Positions 52,359-64,000 of a stretch of DNA of 64,000 nucleotides are shown in pieces. The position numbers and the translations under genes were made by a program. Under the pieces are notes generated by a model. The model did no database searches and was not told the DNA's origin. It saw nothing but the letters and a program-made list of their open reading frames with translations. This DNA comes from Octopus vulgaris (lineage: Eukaryota). Every line of letters begins with the position of its first letter. Positions within the stretch are counted from its first letter, which is position 1. Location: positions 16,616,001-16,680,000 of the forward strand of contig OX597836.1 in NCBI GenBank assembly GCA_951406725.2, given 5' to 3'.

Positions 52359-53666
52359 AGAACACCTGCACGGATTTCTGTCAGTTTCAACAATAAGAAT
52401 TCAGTCGTCGATTCAACTGGACTACCTGCCTGCCCATTGAAGTAGGTTTCAAGTGGCTGAGTATTGCACAGACACGAGTACCCTTAACATGATTCTCATA
52501 CAGAACCAGAATGAGACCAGTGACACAGCTGGACTTTTACATGGCAAGTAACAAACAGGTACAACCCATCCAGTGGGTTTCTGCATACTTTCCATCTACA
52601 TACTTGCAAAGGCTTGAAAGGAGTTATGCAAGCAGGCTCCACTGGATATCCAATCCTTTAGCATTTAAACTAACCATATCCAGCCAAAATATTCTACCTG
52701 TTTTATACTCAAACTGACCGGATCCAGCTTCTCACACCTACCCTACAATGTCGTTCTAAAAATATACCGTCACATCGCAGGAGTGGCTGTGTGGTAAGTA
52801 GCCTGCCTACCAACCACATGGTTCTGGGTTCAGTCCCACTGCGTGGCACCTTGGGCAAGTGTCTTCTGCTATAGCATCGGGCCGACCAATGCCTTGTGAG
52901 TGGATTTGGTAGACGGAAACTGAAAGAAGCCCGTCGTATATATGTATATATATATATATATATGTGCGTGTGTTTGTGTGTCTGTGTTTGTCCCCCTAGC
53001 ATTGCTTGACAACCGATGCTGGTGTGTTTATGTCCCCATCACTTAGCGGTTCGGCAAAAGAGACCGATAGAACAAGTACTAGGCTTACAAAGAATAAGTC
53101 CTGGGGGTCGATTTCTTCGACTAAAGGCGGTGCTCCAGCATGGCTGCAGTCAAATGACTGAAACAAATAAAAGAGTAAAAGAGTATAGAGAGAGTATCAT
53201 GGAAAATCTCAAAGCTACACGGTAATGTATGATTAATTCAAAACAATGTGAATAAATAAGCATTTGACAGAGTAATCCGAATTCTAATGGGTTAATCCTT
53301 TAGAATTCAGATTATTCTGTCAAATGAAATGCTTATTTATTCACATTATTTTGAATTAATCATGCATACCATTATCTCATAACATGGAAATTTCAATGAT
53401 GTGACCTGCTTATTTTTAGATTGTCATTGTAGGGTAAGTGTGAGAGGGTAGATCTGAATATAAAACAGGTAGAATATTTGGATGAGATATTACCACTTTA
53501 AATGTTAAATTTTATCAATAGGCGTAGCTTGCTTACCAACCACATGGTTCCGGGTTCAGGCCCACTGCGTAGCACCTTGGGCAAGTGTCTTCTACTATAG
53601 CCTCGGGCCGACCAAAGCCTTGTGAGTGGATTTGGTAGACAGAAACTGAAAAAAGCCCGTCGTATA

Positions 53667-53725
<59 letters not shown>

Positions 53726-54451
53726 ATATGTGTGTGTTTGTCTCCCCAACATCGCTTGACAACCGATGCTGGTGTGTTTACGTCCCCGTAACTTAGTGGT
53801 TCAGCAAAAGAGACCGATAGAATAAGTACTAAGCTTACAAAGAATAAGTCCTGGGGTCGATTTGATAGACTAAAAAGGCGGTGCTCCAGCATGGCCACGG
53901 TCAAATGACTGAAACAAGTAAAAGTGTAAATTGGCAGAGAATTTGTTGTTTTGCAGAGGTGGGAAGGAAAAATAAAAGGGGAGAAAAGGGAACTTGGGGA
54001 CAGTAAGATCGGAGGCAGAGAGGGAGAGAGAGAGAGACAGACAGGGACAGAGACAGGCATACAGACAGACAGGCAAGCAGACAGACAGAGCCAGAAACAG
54101 AGAAAATAAGTGTTTGATGGGATGGGAGGGTTAAAATAGGACAGAATGGGAAAATTAGTTGGTTTATGGCAAGGTAGGGATTTTTTGTGTTCTTGCTCAG
54201 AGAAGTGATCACAGCAAATAGCTTGCCACCAGCAATGTTCCCATGTATAAAAAAAAAAGAGAGTTTGGTGGGAGACAAAGGCTGGAGGCAGAGAAAGAGA
54301 GGGAATAGGAGCAAGATGGAATAGGAGGATTAAAAATGGAACAGAATGAGAATGTTGGTTAATTTATAACAGAGAGAGACTTTTTCTGTTGTTGTCTGGG
54401 GCAATGATCGCAGCAAATAGTTTGTCATTTGCATTATTCCCATGCTCATCT

Positions 54452-54488
<37 letters not shown>

Positions 54489-54554
54489 CACACACACACA
54501 CACACACACACACATGCACACATACATACACACACATATACACACACATATATA

Positions 54555-54603
54555 TACATATGAATGGTGGGAATCATTGGTTGGCTAGAAAATGTTTGCA
54601 TAT

Positions 54604-54665
<62 letters not shown>

Positions 54666-54717
54666 ATATACATATGAATAGTAGGAATCATTGGGTGGCT
54701 AGAAAATATTTGCATAT

Positions 54718-54793
<76 letters not shown>

Positions 54794-54865
54794 ACACATA
54801 TACACACACATATATATACATATGAATGGTGGGAATCATTGGTTGGCTAGAAAATGTTTGCATAT

Positions 54866-54900
<35 letters not shown>
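54555..54900. repeat. Three copies of an approx. 50-bp unit separated by (CA)n
   Basis: CATATGAATGGTGGGAATCATTGGTTGGCTAGAAAATGTTTGCATATAAA occurs at about 54557, 54671 and 54819. Confidence 0.85.
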
Positions 54901-54902
<2 letters not shown>

Positions 54903-56697
54903 TACAAATACTAGAAACACAGTCACATTCATATTTAAATGAGGTTACAAATATGCCTATTAATACATACATAAGAAAAAAATACAATAAACAAAAATAA
55001 AAATAACTGAAATAAAATTAAAATAAGTGTAAAATTATATATTCATGAAACCAATCTCACAAGCATAAAGACAATGAGGTATGGATGAAATTAGGAAAAG
55101 GAGGAGAAATGTTTATTCATGCTAAAGGGGGAAAAATGTTCTGAGGGCTAATATTATGTACTGCTCTTTGCCCTTAATAGTGTGTGATGCCCCATGGTGG
55201 GAAGAGATATTTATGTACTTGGAAGTTGCATAAAGAAATGCCGACCACTTGAAATGGAGGGAATTTGTGGCAGAGGGAGACCCAGGAAAACGTGGGTCAA
55301 GGTATGAAAATGCTGGACCTTATGAAAGAGATGACAGAGAACAAAGATATGTAGTGCATTTCTGGCAAGAGATATTTATGTATTTGGAAGTTGCATAAAG
55401 AAATGGAAGTTGTGGCAGAGGGAGACCCAGGAAGACATGGGTCAAAGTATCAAAACGCTGGACCTTATGAAAGAGATGACAGAGGACCAAGATATGTAGT
55501 GCATTTCTGTACTCAAGAAGACCTGCCTACCACAAGAGAATTGAGATCCTGAAACCAAGGTGCCACATAAAAGGCATTGGTTCCAGTGCTGGTGCCATGT
55601 AAAAAGTACTGGTGATGGTGTCACTGAAAAGCTCCCAGTACATTCTATAAAGTGGTTGGCATTAGGTAGGGTGTCTAGCCATAGAAACCCAACTAAAATA
55701 GACTATGGAACCTGGTGTAGCCCCTGGGCTTGCCAGTCCTTGTCAAACCTATTTCTTTATTACCCACAAGGGGCTAAACACAGAGGGGACAAACAAGGAC
55801 AGACAAACGGATTAAGTCGATTACATTGACCCCAGTGCGTAACTGGTGCTTAATTTATCGACCCCGAAAGGATGAAAGGCAAAGTCGACCTCGGCGGAAT
55901 TTGAACTCACAACGTAACGGGCAGACGAAATACCGCTAAGCATTTCGCCCGGCGTGCTAACGTTTCTGCCAGCTCACCGCCTTATCCTTGTCAAACCGTA
56001 CAACCCATCCCAGCATAGGTTGGTCAGTTCTACAGAAACCATCAAGTCAGATGTCGGTGCCAACAAGTCCAGTGTCTGCTTTGAAATGATTTCTATAGCT
56101 GGAAGCCCTTCCTAATGCCAACCATTTTACAGAGTGTACCAGGTGCTTCCTTCGTGGCACTGGCACTATACATGACTATACACTCACAATACATGATCCC
56201 TCAACTGAAATGGAGGTGTAATAGTGAGGACAATGGCTTTATGGCTTTATGCCAGGCATTGAGAGGTCAAGATATGATAGAGGGCCAAGGGCAGGTGTCT
56301 TGATGAAGAGGAGATATGTGATAATGATGTGCATGTGTGTGTGTGTGCATCAGGGTTTATGTGGACACTAATCTTAACCCTTTAGCATTCAAATTCCCTT
56401 CTTATTTATTCACATATTTTGTATTAATCATGCATTATCTTGAAGCTTCAAGATTTCAATGATGTGATTGTTGTTGTTTTTTTTTTTTGGGGGGGGAGGT
56501 AGAATAACATTGTAGGTTAAGTGTAAAAGGACAGATTTGGCCAGTTTGAACATAAAACATATGGAATATTTTTTGGTTGGACATGGCTGGTTTAAATACT
56601 AAAGAGTTTTAAAAAACCTTTGTTGTTGTTTACATTGTCTCTTTGACTGTGGTTCAACCAGTAGAGATTGATAAAATAAGTCCCAGACTAATATTTG

Positions 56698-57035
56698 AGA
56701 CCCCCTTCAGTCATGAATGACCATGGGATTGCACCTACAAAGTTACACTCTGAGGCACAAGTCCGGGCAAGGTTGTTTATGGAAGACCAGCAGTTGTCCA
56801 TGCATACCAACCTCCCCTCTACATGCCACTGATGTTATCCAAGGGAAAGGTAAAGGGGCTGATACAGCTTGGCACCAGTGACATCACAACTCATTTCTAC
56901 AGCTGAGTGGACTGGAGCAACGTGAAATAAAGTGTGTTGCTCAAGAATACAACACGCAGCCCGGTCCGGGAATCGAACTCACAACCCCACGATTGTGAGC
57001 TCAATGCTCTAACCACTGAGCCATGTGCCTTCACA
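56698..57035 (-). mobile_element. SINE family D, full copy with TSD
   Basis: CAGACTAATAT is duplicated at 56684-56694 and 57036-57046. Confidence 0.88.
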
Positions 57036-57222
57036 CAGACTAATATAGGCTGATACTAAAGCTACACTGATTGAGTAAATCTCTTCAAAGATGGTGACCC
57101 AGAATGGTCACAATCCAATGATTGAATCCAGTAAAAGAATAGAAGTTCCAGTAAACAAAATTAATTACAAAAAAAAATATCGTTAATAACATTTTCAACA
57201 AAAAGAGAAAAAACAAAAATAC

Positions 57223-57287
57223 CTTTTCAATAATTGGTATCTGAAGATTTTTACCTGCCAGAATTTTCTTTAATTCTCGAACTTCAT
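57223..57287 (-). CDS. CCDC152: CCDC152-like exon (DEVRELKKILAGKNLQIPIIEK)
   Basis: TTTTTGTAG acceptor, AAG|GTATTT donor; phase 1 in, 0 out, consistent with both neighbours. Confidence 0.75.
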
Positions 57288-57571
57288 CTACAAAAACAAA
57301 GGCAGAAGGGAGGTGAGGGGCAGAGTAGTTATAATAAATACCTGAGCTTGTGTTGCAAATTTTAACTTCTTTTGATTAAATTTGAGTTAAAGTAATCCCA
57401 CCGAAACTTCTAATGACAAGGAAATAAAAATTTGGTATATCAAGGACAACCTCAGGATACTGAACCTTTCAGAAGTGATGACAAAGGACCAAGATATCTG
57501 GTACCTTGCTGTACTCAAGAAGACCCATCCTCCACAGCAGAAGAGTTAAGGCTGCTCCCACTGATGAAGAG

Positions 57572-58053
57572 AATTGGCCTGCAACAGTCTTGTGTCGGTA
57601 CCAGATAAAAAGGTCCTCATGTTGGTGGCACGTTAAAAGCACCCAACACACATTGTAAAGTGGTTGGCATTAGGAAGGGCATCCAGCTGTAGAAAATTGG
57701 CCTGCAACAGTCCTGTGTCGGTACCAGATAAAAAGGTCCTCATGTTGGTGGCATGTTAAAAGCACCCAAGACACATTGTAAAGTGGTTGGCATTAGGAAG
57801 GGCATCCAGCTGTAGAAAATTGGCCTGCAACAGTCCTGTGTCGGTACCAGATAAAAAGGTCCTTATGTCGGTGGCACGTTAAAAACACATTGTAAAGTGG
57901 TTGGCATTAGGAAGGGCATCCAGCTGTAGAAAATTGGCCTGCAACAGTCCTGTGTCGGTACCAGATAAAAAGGTCCTTATGTTGGTGGCATGTTAAAAGC
58001 ACCCAAGACACATTGTAAAGTGGTTGGCATCAGGAAGGGCATCCAGCTGTAGA
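57572..58053 (+). repeat. Approx. 122-bp tandem repeat x4 derived from family C
   Basis: AATTGGCCTGCAACAGTC...GGAAGGGCATCCAGCTGTAGAA is repeated four times. Confidence 0.9.
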
Positions 58054-58278
58054 AATCAAGTCAAATCAGACAGGAGCCAAGTGCAGCTCCCCAGCTTGCC
58101 AGCTCTGGTCAAACCATCGAACCTATGCCAGCATAGAAAATGGATGTTAAAGGATGTTGATGATGATGATGATGATGGTGATGATGATAATGATGATGCA
58201 ACTGAGACAGTATTAAATTAAAATAGCCACCTATGTATCATGCCTCATAAACACAGAGCTACACCTGTGCCTCTATGC

Positions 58279-58326
58279 GTCATGCAACCTTTTCAATAGT
58301 CAAGACTATTGAAAAGGTTGCATGAC
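58279..58326. repeat. Perfect hairpin, 23-bp arms, 2-nt loop
   Basis: GTCATGCAACCTTTTCAATAGTC-AA-GACTATTGAAAAGGTTGCATGAC. Confidence 0.95.
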
Positions 58327-58391
58327 ACAATGAAAATTTTAGGAAAATAAAAATAAGAAATAAGTGGAAATTTTACCGGTGAGTGTGTTAT

Positions 58392-58411
58392 GACACTCCT
58401 CAGATACGACA

Positions 58412-58457
<46 letters not shown>

Positions 58458-58477
58458 TGTCGTATCTGAGGAGTGTC
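58392..58477. repeat. Perfect 86-bp palindrome: 23-bp unique arms around (TA)20
   Basis: GACACTCCTCAGATACGACAGTG / CACTGTCGTATCTGAGGAGTGTC. Confidence 0.95.
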
Positions 58478-58556
58478 TTTTTTTTTGTGCCTTATAATAT
58501 AACACATACATACATATATATATATATGTATGTATGTATGTATGTATGCATGTATG

Positions 58557-58629
<73 letters not shown>

Positions 58630-59268
58630 ATGGCAGCTAGCTGGCAGAATCATTAGCACACCAAGTGAAATGCTTAGCGGTATTTCATCTGCCATTATGT
58701 TCTGAGTTCAAATTCCACCGAGGTCGACTTTGCCTTTCATCCTTTCGAAGTCGATAAAAATTAAGTACCAGTTACGCACTGGGGTCGATGTAATCGACTT
58801 AATCCATTTGTCTGTCCTTGTTTGTCCTCTCTATGTTTAGCCCCCTGTGGGCAATAAAGAAATATATATATATATATAGTAATACTGTGATTTTAAGAGA
58901 TGTGATTTGTGGAAATGTGCATAGCAATGCATTAAATGTTTATAAATTCCACATTATACCCCAAAAAACTTGTTCACCAATCAGTGTCATTAGACTGTGG
59001 CATAATGGAATAAGCCAAAATATTGGCATTAAGGCCAAAATATTGTATTTGTTTTATGTTCAAACTGGCCAAATACAGTTTCTTACACTTACCCTACACT
59101 GTCATACTAAAAGTAGACAATCCCATCTTGAAACCTCAAAGCTACAAGATGATAATGCCTGATTATTTCAAAACAATGTGAATAAATGAACATTACACTT
59201 GACAGAATAATCTGAATGCTAAAAGGTTAAACTCACCTTGTGAAAAAAACAACAGAGAAAATGCTTAC

Positions 59269-59337
59269 CTTCTGCAGATATTAGGATATAAATCTGCTTC
59301 TGTAAACCATCAATCAGTTCATGGAGTTTCAGGATAT
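59269..59337 (-). CDS. CCDC152: CCDC152-like exon (ILKLHELIDGLQKQIYILISAE)
   Basis: CTCTTCCAG acceptor, G|GTAAGC donor, phase 1/1. Resembles recalled human CCDC152 LHNIIKGLQQTI. Confidence 0.8.
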
Positions 59338-60750
59338 CTGGAAGAGAATTAAACTGAGACATAGCAGCCATATAAGGGTGTGTAGTGGGAGAGGACACAG
59401 CTGCATTAGAGAAATGTGAGGTAGGAACAAGAAATGAATCGATGGGATCTACAAGGGAGAAATGAAGAAATGAGAGGAATGGTTATGCAGTATTTCTAAA
59501 ATATAACCTTTTAGTCAAGGTTCAAGAACAAAGTAAAACTCTATGTGGGTCAGGAAATGATCCTAAAAGATTTGGGAATCATTTTGGGTTACTCTTTTAT
59601 TCTTTTACTTGTTTCAGTCATTTGACTGTGGCCATGCTGGAGCACCGCCTTTAATCGAGCAACTCGACCCCCGGGACTTATTCTTTTGTAAGCCCAGTAC
59701 TTATTCTATCGGTCTCTTTTGCCGAACAGCTAAGTGACGGGGACGTAAACACACCAGCATCGGTTGTCAAGCAATGCTAGGGGGACAAACATGGACACGC
59801 AAACACATACACATACACACATATACATATATATACATATATATACATATATATGACAGGCTTCTTTCAGTTTCCGTCTACCAAATCCACTCACAAGGCA
59901 TTGGTCGGCCCGGGGCTATAGCAGAAGACACTTGCCCAAGATGCCACGCAGTGGGACTGAACCCGGAACCATGTGGTTGGTTAGCAAGCTACTTACCACA
60001 CAGCCACATTTATGATTTCAGAAGGTTCAAATGACGTTTTCATGTGTGTGGAGAGTGCATGATACCTTGGCTAAGTATCTTCTACTATAGCCCCAGATTG
60101 ACCAAAGCGTTGTGAGAGGATTAGGTAGACGGAAACTGAAAGAAGCCCTGTGTTTGTCTTGGTCCCCCACAACCACTAGACAACTGGCACTAGTTTGTTT
60201 ACATCCTTGCAATCCAATGACTGAAACAAGTAACAGACAAAAGATACACACATACACACAAACCCTAAAAATCATTTCTATCTTTTTCAGAAATTCTTAA
60301 GCATTCAGCTCCAAACTTTAACCCATTTTGGAGAAGGTCAATCTATAGTCAATTAAATCAAACCTCACAACCTAATTTTATTGACCCAAGAAGACAATGT
60401 TGACTTTAGGAAGGAACTCAGGAACCAAAGGTGATGTAACTAAATACAATTATTCATTCTCACCAGGTACTTTTACAATCTCATTATCCACAACACCCAG
60501 TCAATTTAATCAACCCTCTAGTACTTAACTGTGAAGGCACATGGACTAGTAGTTAGTTGTTGCACTCGTGATTGCAAGATAATGGTTTCAATTCCTGGAC
60601 CAAACAATACATTCTGTTCTAGAGCAAAACATTCATTTCACCAGATTCAGTCCCACTGCATGGCACCTTGAGCGAGAATCTCCTACTTTAGCTCTGGGCC
60701 AACCACAGCCTTGTAAGTGGATTTGTGAAACAGAAACTGAAAGAAGCCTG

Positions 60751-60807
<57 letters not shown>

Positions 60808-60811
<4 letters not shown>

Positions 60812-60914
60812 AAATGAATAAAAGAATGGAGTCGAACGAAGATTTTAACACAATTTTAACACAAAGGAATTGTGTTAGAATCTTCGTTCGACTCCATTCT
60901 TTATTCATTTTAAA
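60808..60914. repeat. Long imperfect inverted repeat (approx. 45-bp arms) at the edge of a (TA)n-flanked insert
   Basis: AATGAATAAAAGAATGGAGTCGAACGAAGATTTTAACACAATT versus AATTGTGTTAGAATCTTCGTTCGACTCCATTCTTTATTCATT. Confidence 0.9.
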
Positions 60915-61049
60915 CATTACACAAATTACCACACAAGAACACGGGGTTTCTACCCTTGGCATGTAGCTTCAACCGTGTTTTCTGACGTAAATTTGCTACC
61001 CAGGTATCGGTTAACCGAATTATCAATACTACGATAATTCATTCACCTA

Positions 61050-61092
<43 letters not shown>

Positions 61093-61357
61093 TTGTGCAT
61101 CTTTGTCCTGGAGGTGTTGGATCAGTTTCAGCACATGAATGCAGTCAGATTGCCTGTTGTGACCCTTCCTGCTGGCCACAGCTTTACTGGCTCTATTTCA
61201 GCCGTCCATGCCACATCTTACATACATCCTTTACAGTGTTCACAGAACATTGAGCAGCAGTCATGGTGCCAGTATCTTTGACACCTGACTTAAATCATGG
61301 AGGTACAGGTAACACTTCCAATATTCAGATGGCTTCTGGTCTCCTGTGTCAACTAAC

Positions 61358-61418
61358 TTTTTCCAGTCTTTATGCTTTCTAATGCAGTTGACTTGTTCAC
61401 CAATACATCAAACTGTCC
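61358..61418 (-). CDS. CCDC152: CCDC152-like gene, most 5' visible candidate exon (GQFDVLVNKSTALESIKTGK)
   Basis: TTTTTTTCAG acceptor and A|GTTAGT donor on -. The phase 1 end fits the next exon. Protein evidence is weak and no start codon was found in the window. Confidence 0.5.
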
Positions 61419-61768
61419 CTGAAAAAAAGGGAGACATTAAAAACTTAGCTCACCTCTCAGTTATTCTCTATATCAATCACTCTCTACACCACTATTAGTC
61501 TCTCTCTCTCCCCATCACCCTCTCCCTCCCTATCTCTCTCTCCCTCCCCAGCTCTCTCTCTCTCTCTCTCCCTGTCTTATTTAGTTTCTAATACTTAGCT
61601 CCTTCTTTCAGCAAGCTCCTTCCACGTTCCTATAGTCTGACAGAAAGGGGGAGGAAACTAATAAAAGGAAAAAGGGGACATTTGGCTTGGCCTATTATAT
61701 TAACATACATTTCTGAACAAAGGACATTTGAGCTGAAAGAGAAGTCCAACAGGTCGTTCAGTGGTTCA

Positions 61769-61813
<45 letters not shown>

Positions 61814-61978
61814 CGCGCATGTATGTACTTGTGTGTGTATGTCTATATATGCTATATGTGTATACTGTATACACATATCTGTGTGTTTGTTGCCATTCAG
61901 TTATATGTGTATGTGTACACACAGACACACATACACACACACACACATATAAATATATATATATATACAAACACACAG

Positions 61979-62068
<90 letters not shown>

Positions 62069-62944
62069 CTGTGGTGCCCATCTGAATACACTATTGTTCA
62101 TGTCTGCCAATTCTTATTAGCAAGGAATTTATGAAAAGACACACAGGCACACACATACGCTCACACATACACACAGGGTTTGATACTGGTAGAAAAGCAC
62201 ACACACACACACACACACACACACCAAACACACACCAAACACAGCTTGACACTAACAGAGAAACATGCACACACTCCCACAGCTTGATATTAACAGAAAT
62301 GCACACCTGTACACACACACACACAAATACATATATACAATCTACTACAACAAAAAAGAAAGAAACACAAATATATACACACAGATATACACACACTCGT
62401 ATATACACACCTGCTTATGTACACACATAAATGCATAAAGTCTGAAAGGAAAGGCAAATACACACTTAAAGCAACCAACCGGCCTTTAAACAAGTGGGAA
62501 ATATATATTAGAAGAACATAAACAATCTCTCTCTCTCTCTCTCTTTCTTTCTCTCTCTCTCTCTTTCTAGTTTCTTCATCTTGCCCTCTATCTCCTGTCT
62601 TTCTCTTTTCCCCCCTCATTTCTTCCTCCCTCCAGTTCCTATCTTTCTCAACCTCTATCTCCAATTACAACAGAAAGCAAGAAAGCAGTGACCATACTTT
62701 CCAGGTGGAAATCTGAAAGGTCACCTAGACTTCCTATCAATGACCTTAACAGGTAGGTGACAAAATCAGTTTGATATTCAAACTGAAATTATCTCAGCCA
62801 ATCCCCTTATATGATTCTACAATTGGGATAGGTTTAGCTATAAGGTGGAGAAGAACTTAGAGGGATTAGCAACGCTATGGCTGAGAGAAGATAATCTCAG
62901 GGAAGCAGTGTTCTTTCCTCCTGTCAACCCTTTAGCATTCAGAT

Positions 62945-63575
62945 TATGCATACCTTTCCTTCTTGTGACACAAACCCTACTTGTGAAGACCTGTTGAGGC
63001 AAGTGAAAATCAAAATCAAAATCAAAATCAAAATCGATCAACATCAATGGAAATCGTAGCTGTGATACCAGTGCCGGTGGCACGTAAGAGAACCATCCAA
63101 ACGTGGCTGTTGCCAGCGCCGCCCCGACTGGCCTCCGTGCCGGTGGCACGTAAAAAGCACCATCCGATCATGGCCATTTGCCAGCCTCATCTGGCCCCCA
63201 TGCCGGTGGCACGTAAAAAGCACCATCCGATCGTGGCCATTTGCCAGCCTCGTCTGGCCCCCATGCCGGTGGCACGCAAAAAGCACCATCCGATCGTGGC
63301 CATTTGCCAGCCTCGTCTGGCCCCCATGCCGGTGGCACGTAAAAAGCACCATCCGATCGTGGCCGTTTGCCAGCCTCGTCTGGCACCTGTGCAGGTGGCA
63401 CGTAAAAAGCACCCACTACACTCACGGAGTGGTTGGCGTTAGGAAGGGCATCCAGCTGTAGAAACACTGCCAGATCAGACTGGGCCTGGCGCAGCCTACT
63501 GGCTTCCCAGACCCCAGCTGAACCGTCCAACCCATGCTAGCATGGAAAACAGACGTTAAACAATGATGATGATGA
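62945..63575 (+). mobile_element. Family C copy with an internal 61-bp tandem expansion (about 4 copies), inserted into a TTAA-type MITE
   Basis: The unit TGCCGGTGGCACGTAAAAAGCACCATCCGATCGTGGCCATTTGCCAGCCTCGTCTGGCCCCCA repeats at 63138-63385. Halves of the MITE lie at 62926-62947 and 63574-63778. Confidence 0.8.
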
Positions 63576-64000
63576 TTATTTTGTCAAATTCAATGCTTAT
63601 TTATTCATATTGTGTTGAATTAAATGTGCGTTATCTCATAGCTCAAACTTTTGATGTTGTGATTGTATATTTTTAGAATGAGACTGTAGGGTAGGTGTGA
63701 GAGGCTGGATCTGGTTGGTTTGAACAGGTAGAATGTTTTGGCCAGAAATAGCCTGTTTAAATGCTATAAAAGGTTAAATACATGTAGGTTAAGATCTTAG
63801 GTATATAAACTAGTCAGAAACGTTAGCACGCCGGGCGTAATGCTTAGCAGTATTTCGTCTGCCGCTACGTTCTGAGTTCAAATTCTGCCGAGGTCGACTT
63901 TGCCTTTCATCCTTTCGGGGTCGATAAATTAAGTACCAGTTATACACTGGGGTCAATATAATCGACTTAATGCGTTTGTCTGTCCTTGTTTGTCCTCTCT

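Noticed and set aside
54555-54900. Repeat-spacer array
   Set aside because: The spacers are just (CA)n microsatellite. It is a simple tandem triplication.
57255-57287. Shorter CCDC152-like exon using the GCAG|GTAAAA donor
   Set aside because: It would end in phase 1, incompatible with the phase 0 exon at 51959.

Overview
This is eukaryotic, AT-rich genomic DNA dense in microsatellites and SINEs. The repeat landscape resembles Octopus/coleoid cephalopod DNA, which is an inference from recalled repeat sequences. Nearly all ORFs in the supplied track are microsatellite or SINE artefacts. Two spliced genes can be rebuilt by hand from GT-AG junctions with consistent phases. (1) A complete 8-exon mitochondrial carrier (SLC25 family) gene on + spans 747..31341 (849 nt CDS, 282 aa) and has a 17.4-kb first intron. 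(2) A convergent, 5'-incomplete coiled-coil gene on - resembles CCDC152, with 7 visible exons from 61418 down to the stop at 40976. The rest is several tRNA-derived SINE families (often nested, with clean target-site duplications), CR1/L2- and RTE-type LINE 3' ends, mariner-type, piggyBac-type and other MITEs, a non-autonomous Helitron, and minisatellites. The most notable signal is a pair of near-identical type I hammerhead ribozyme motifs on the - strand (about 32975-33069 and 43941-44035), each embedded between (TA)n tracts. They have a palindromic minimal stem III and an unusually long (59-nt) stem II. One lies in sense orientation inside a CCDC152-like intron. Other (TA)n-associated inserts carry degenerate hammerhead cores or perfect fold-back palindromes, suggesting Penelope-like or retrozyme-like elements. 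No prokaryotic system or CRISPR array is present.
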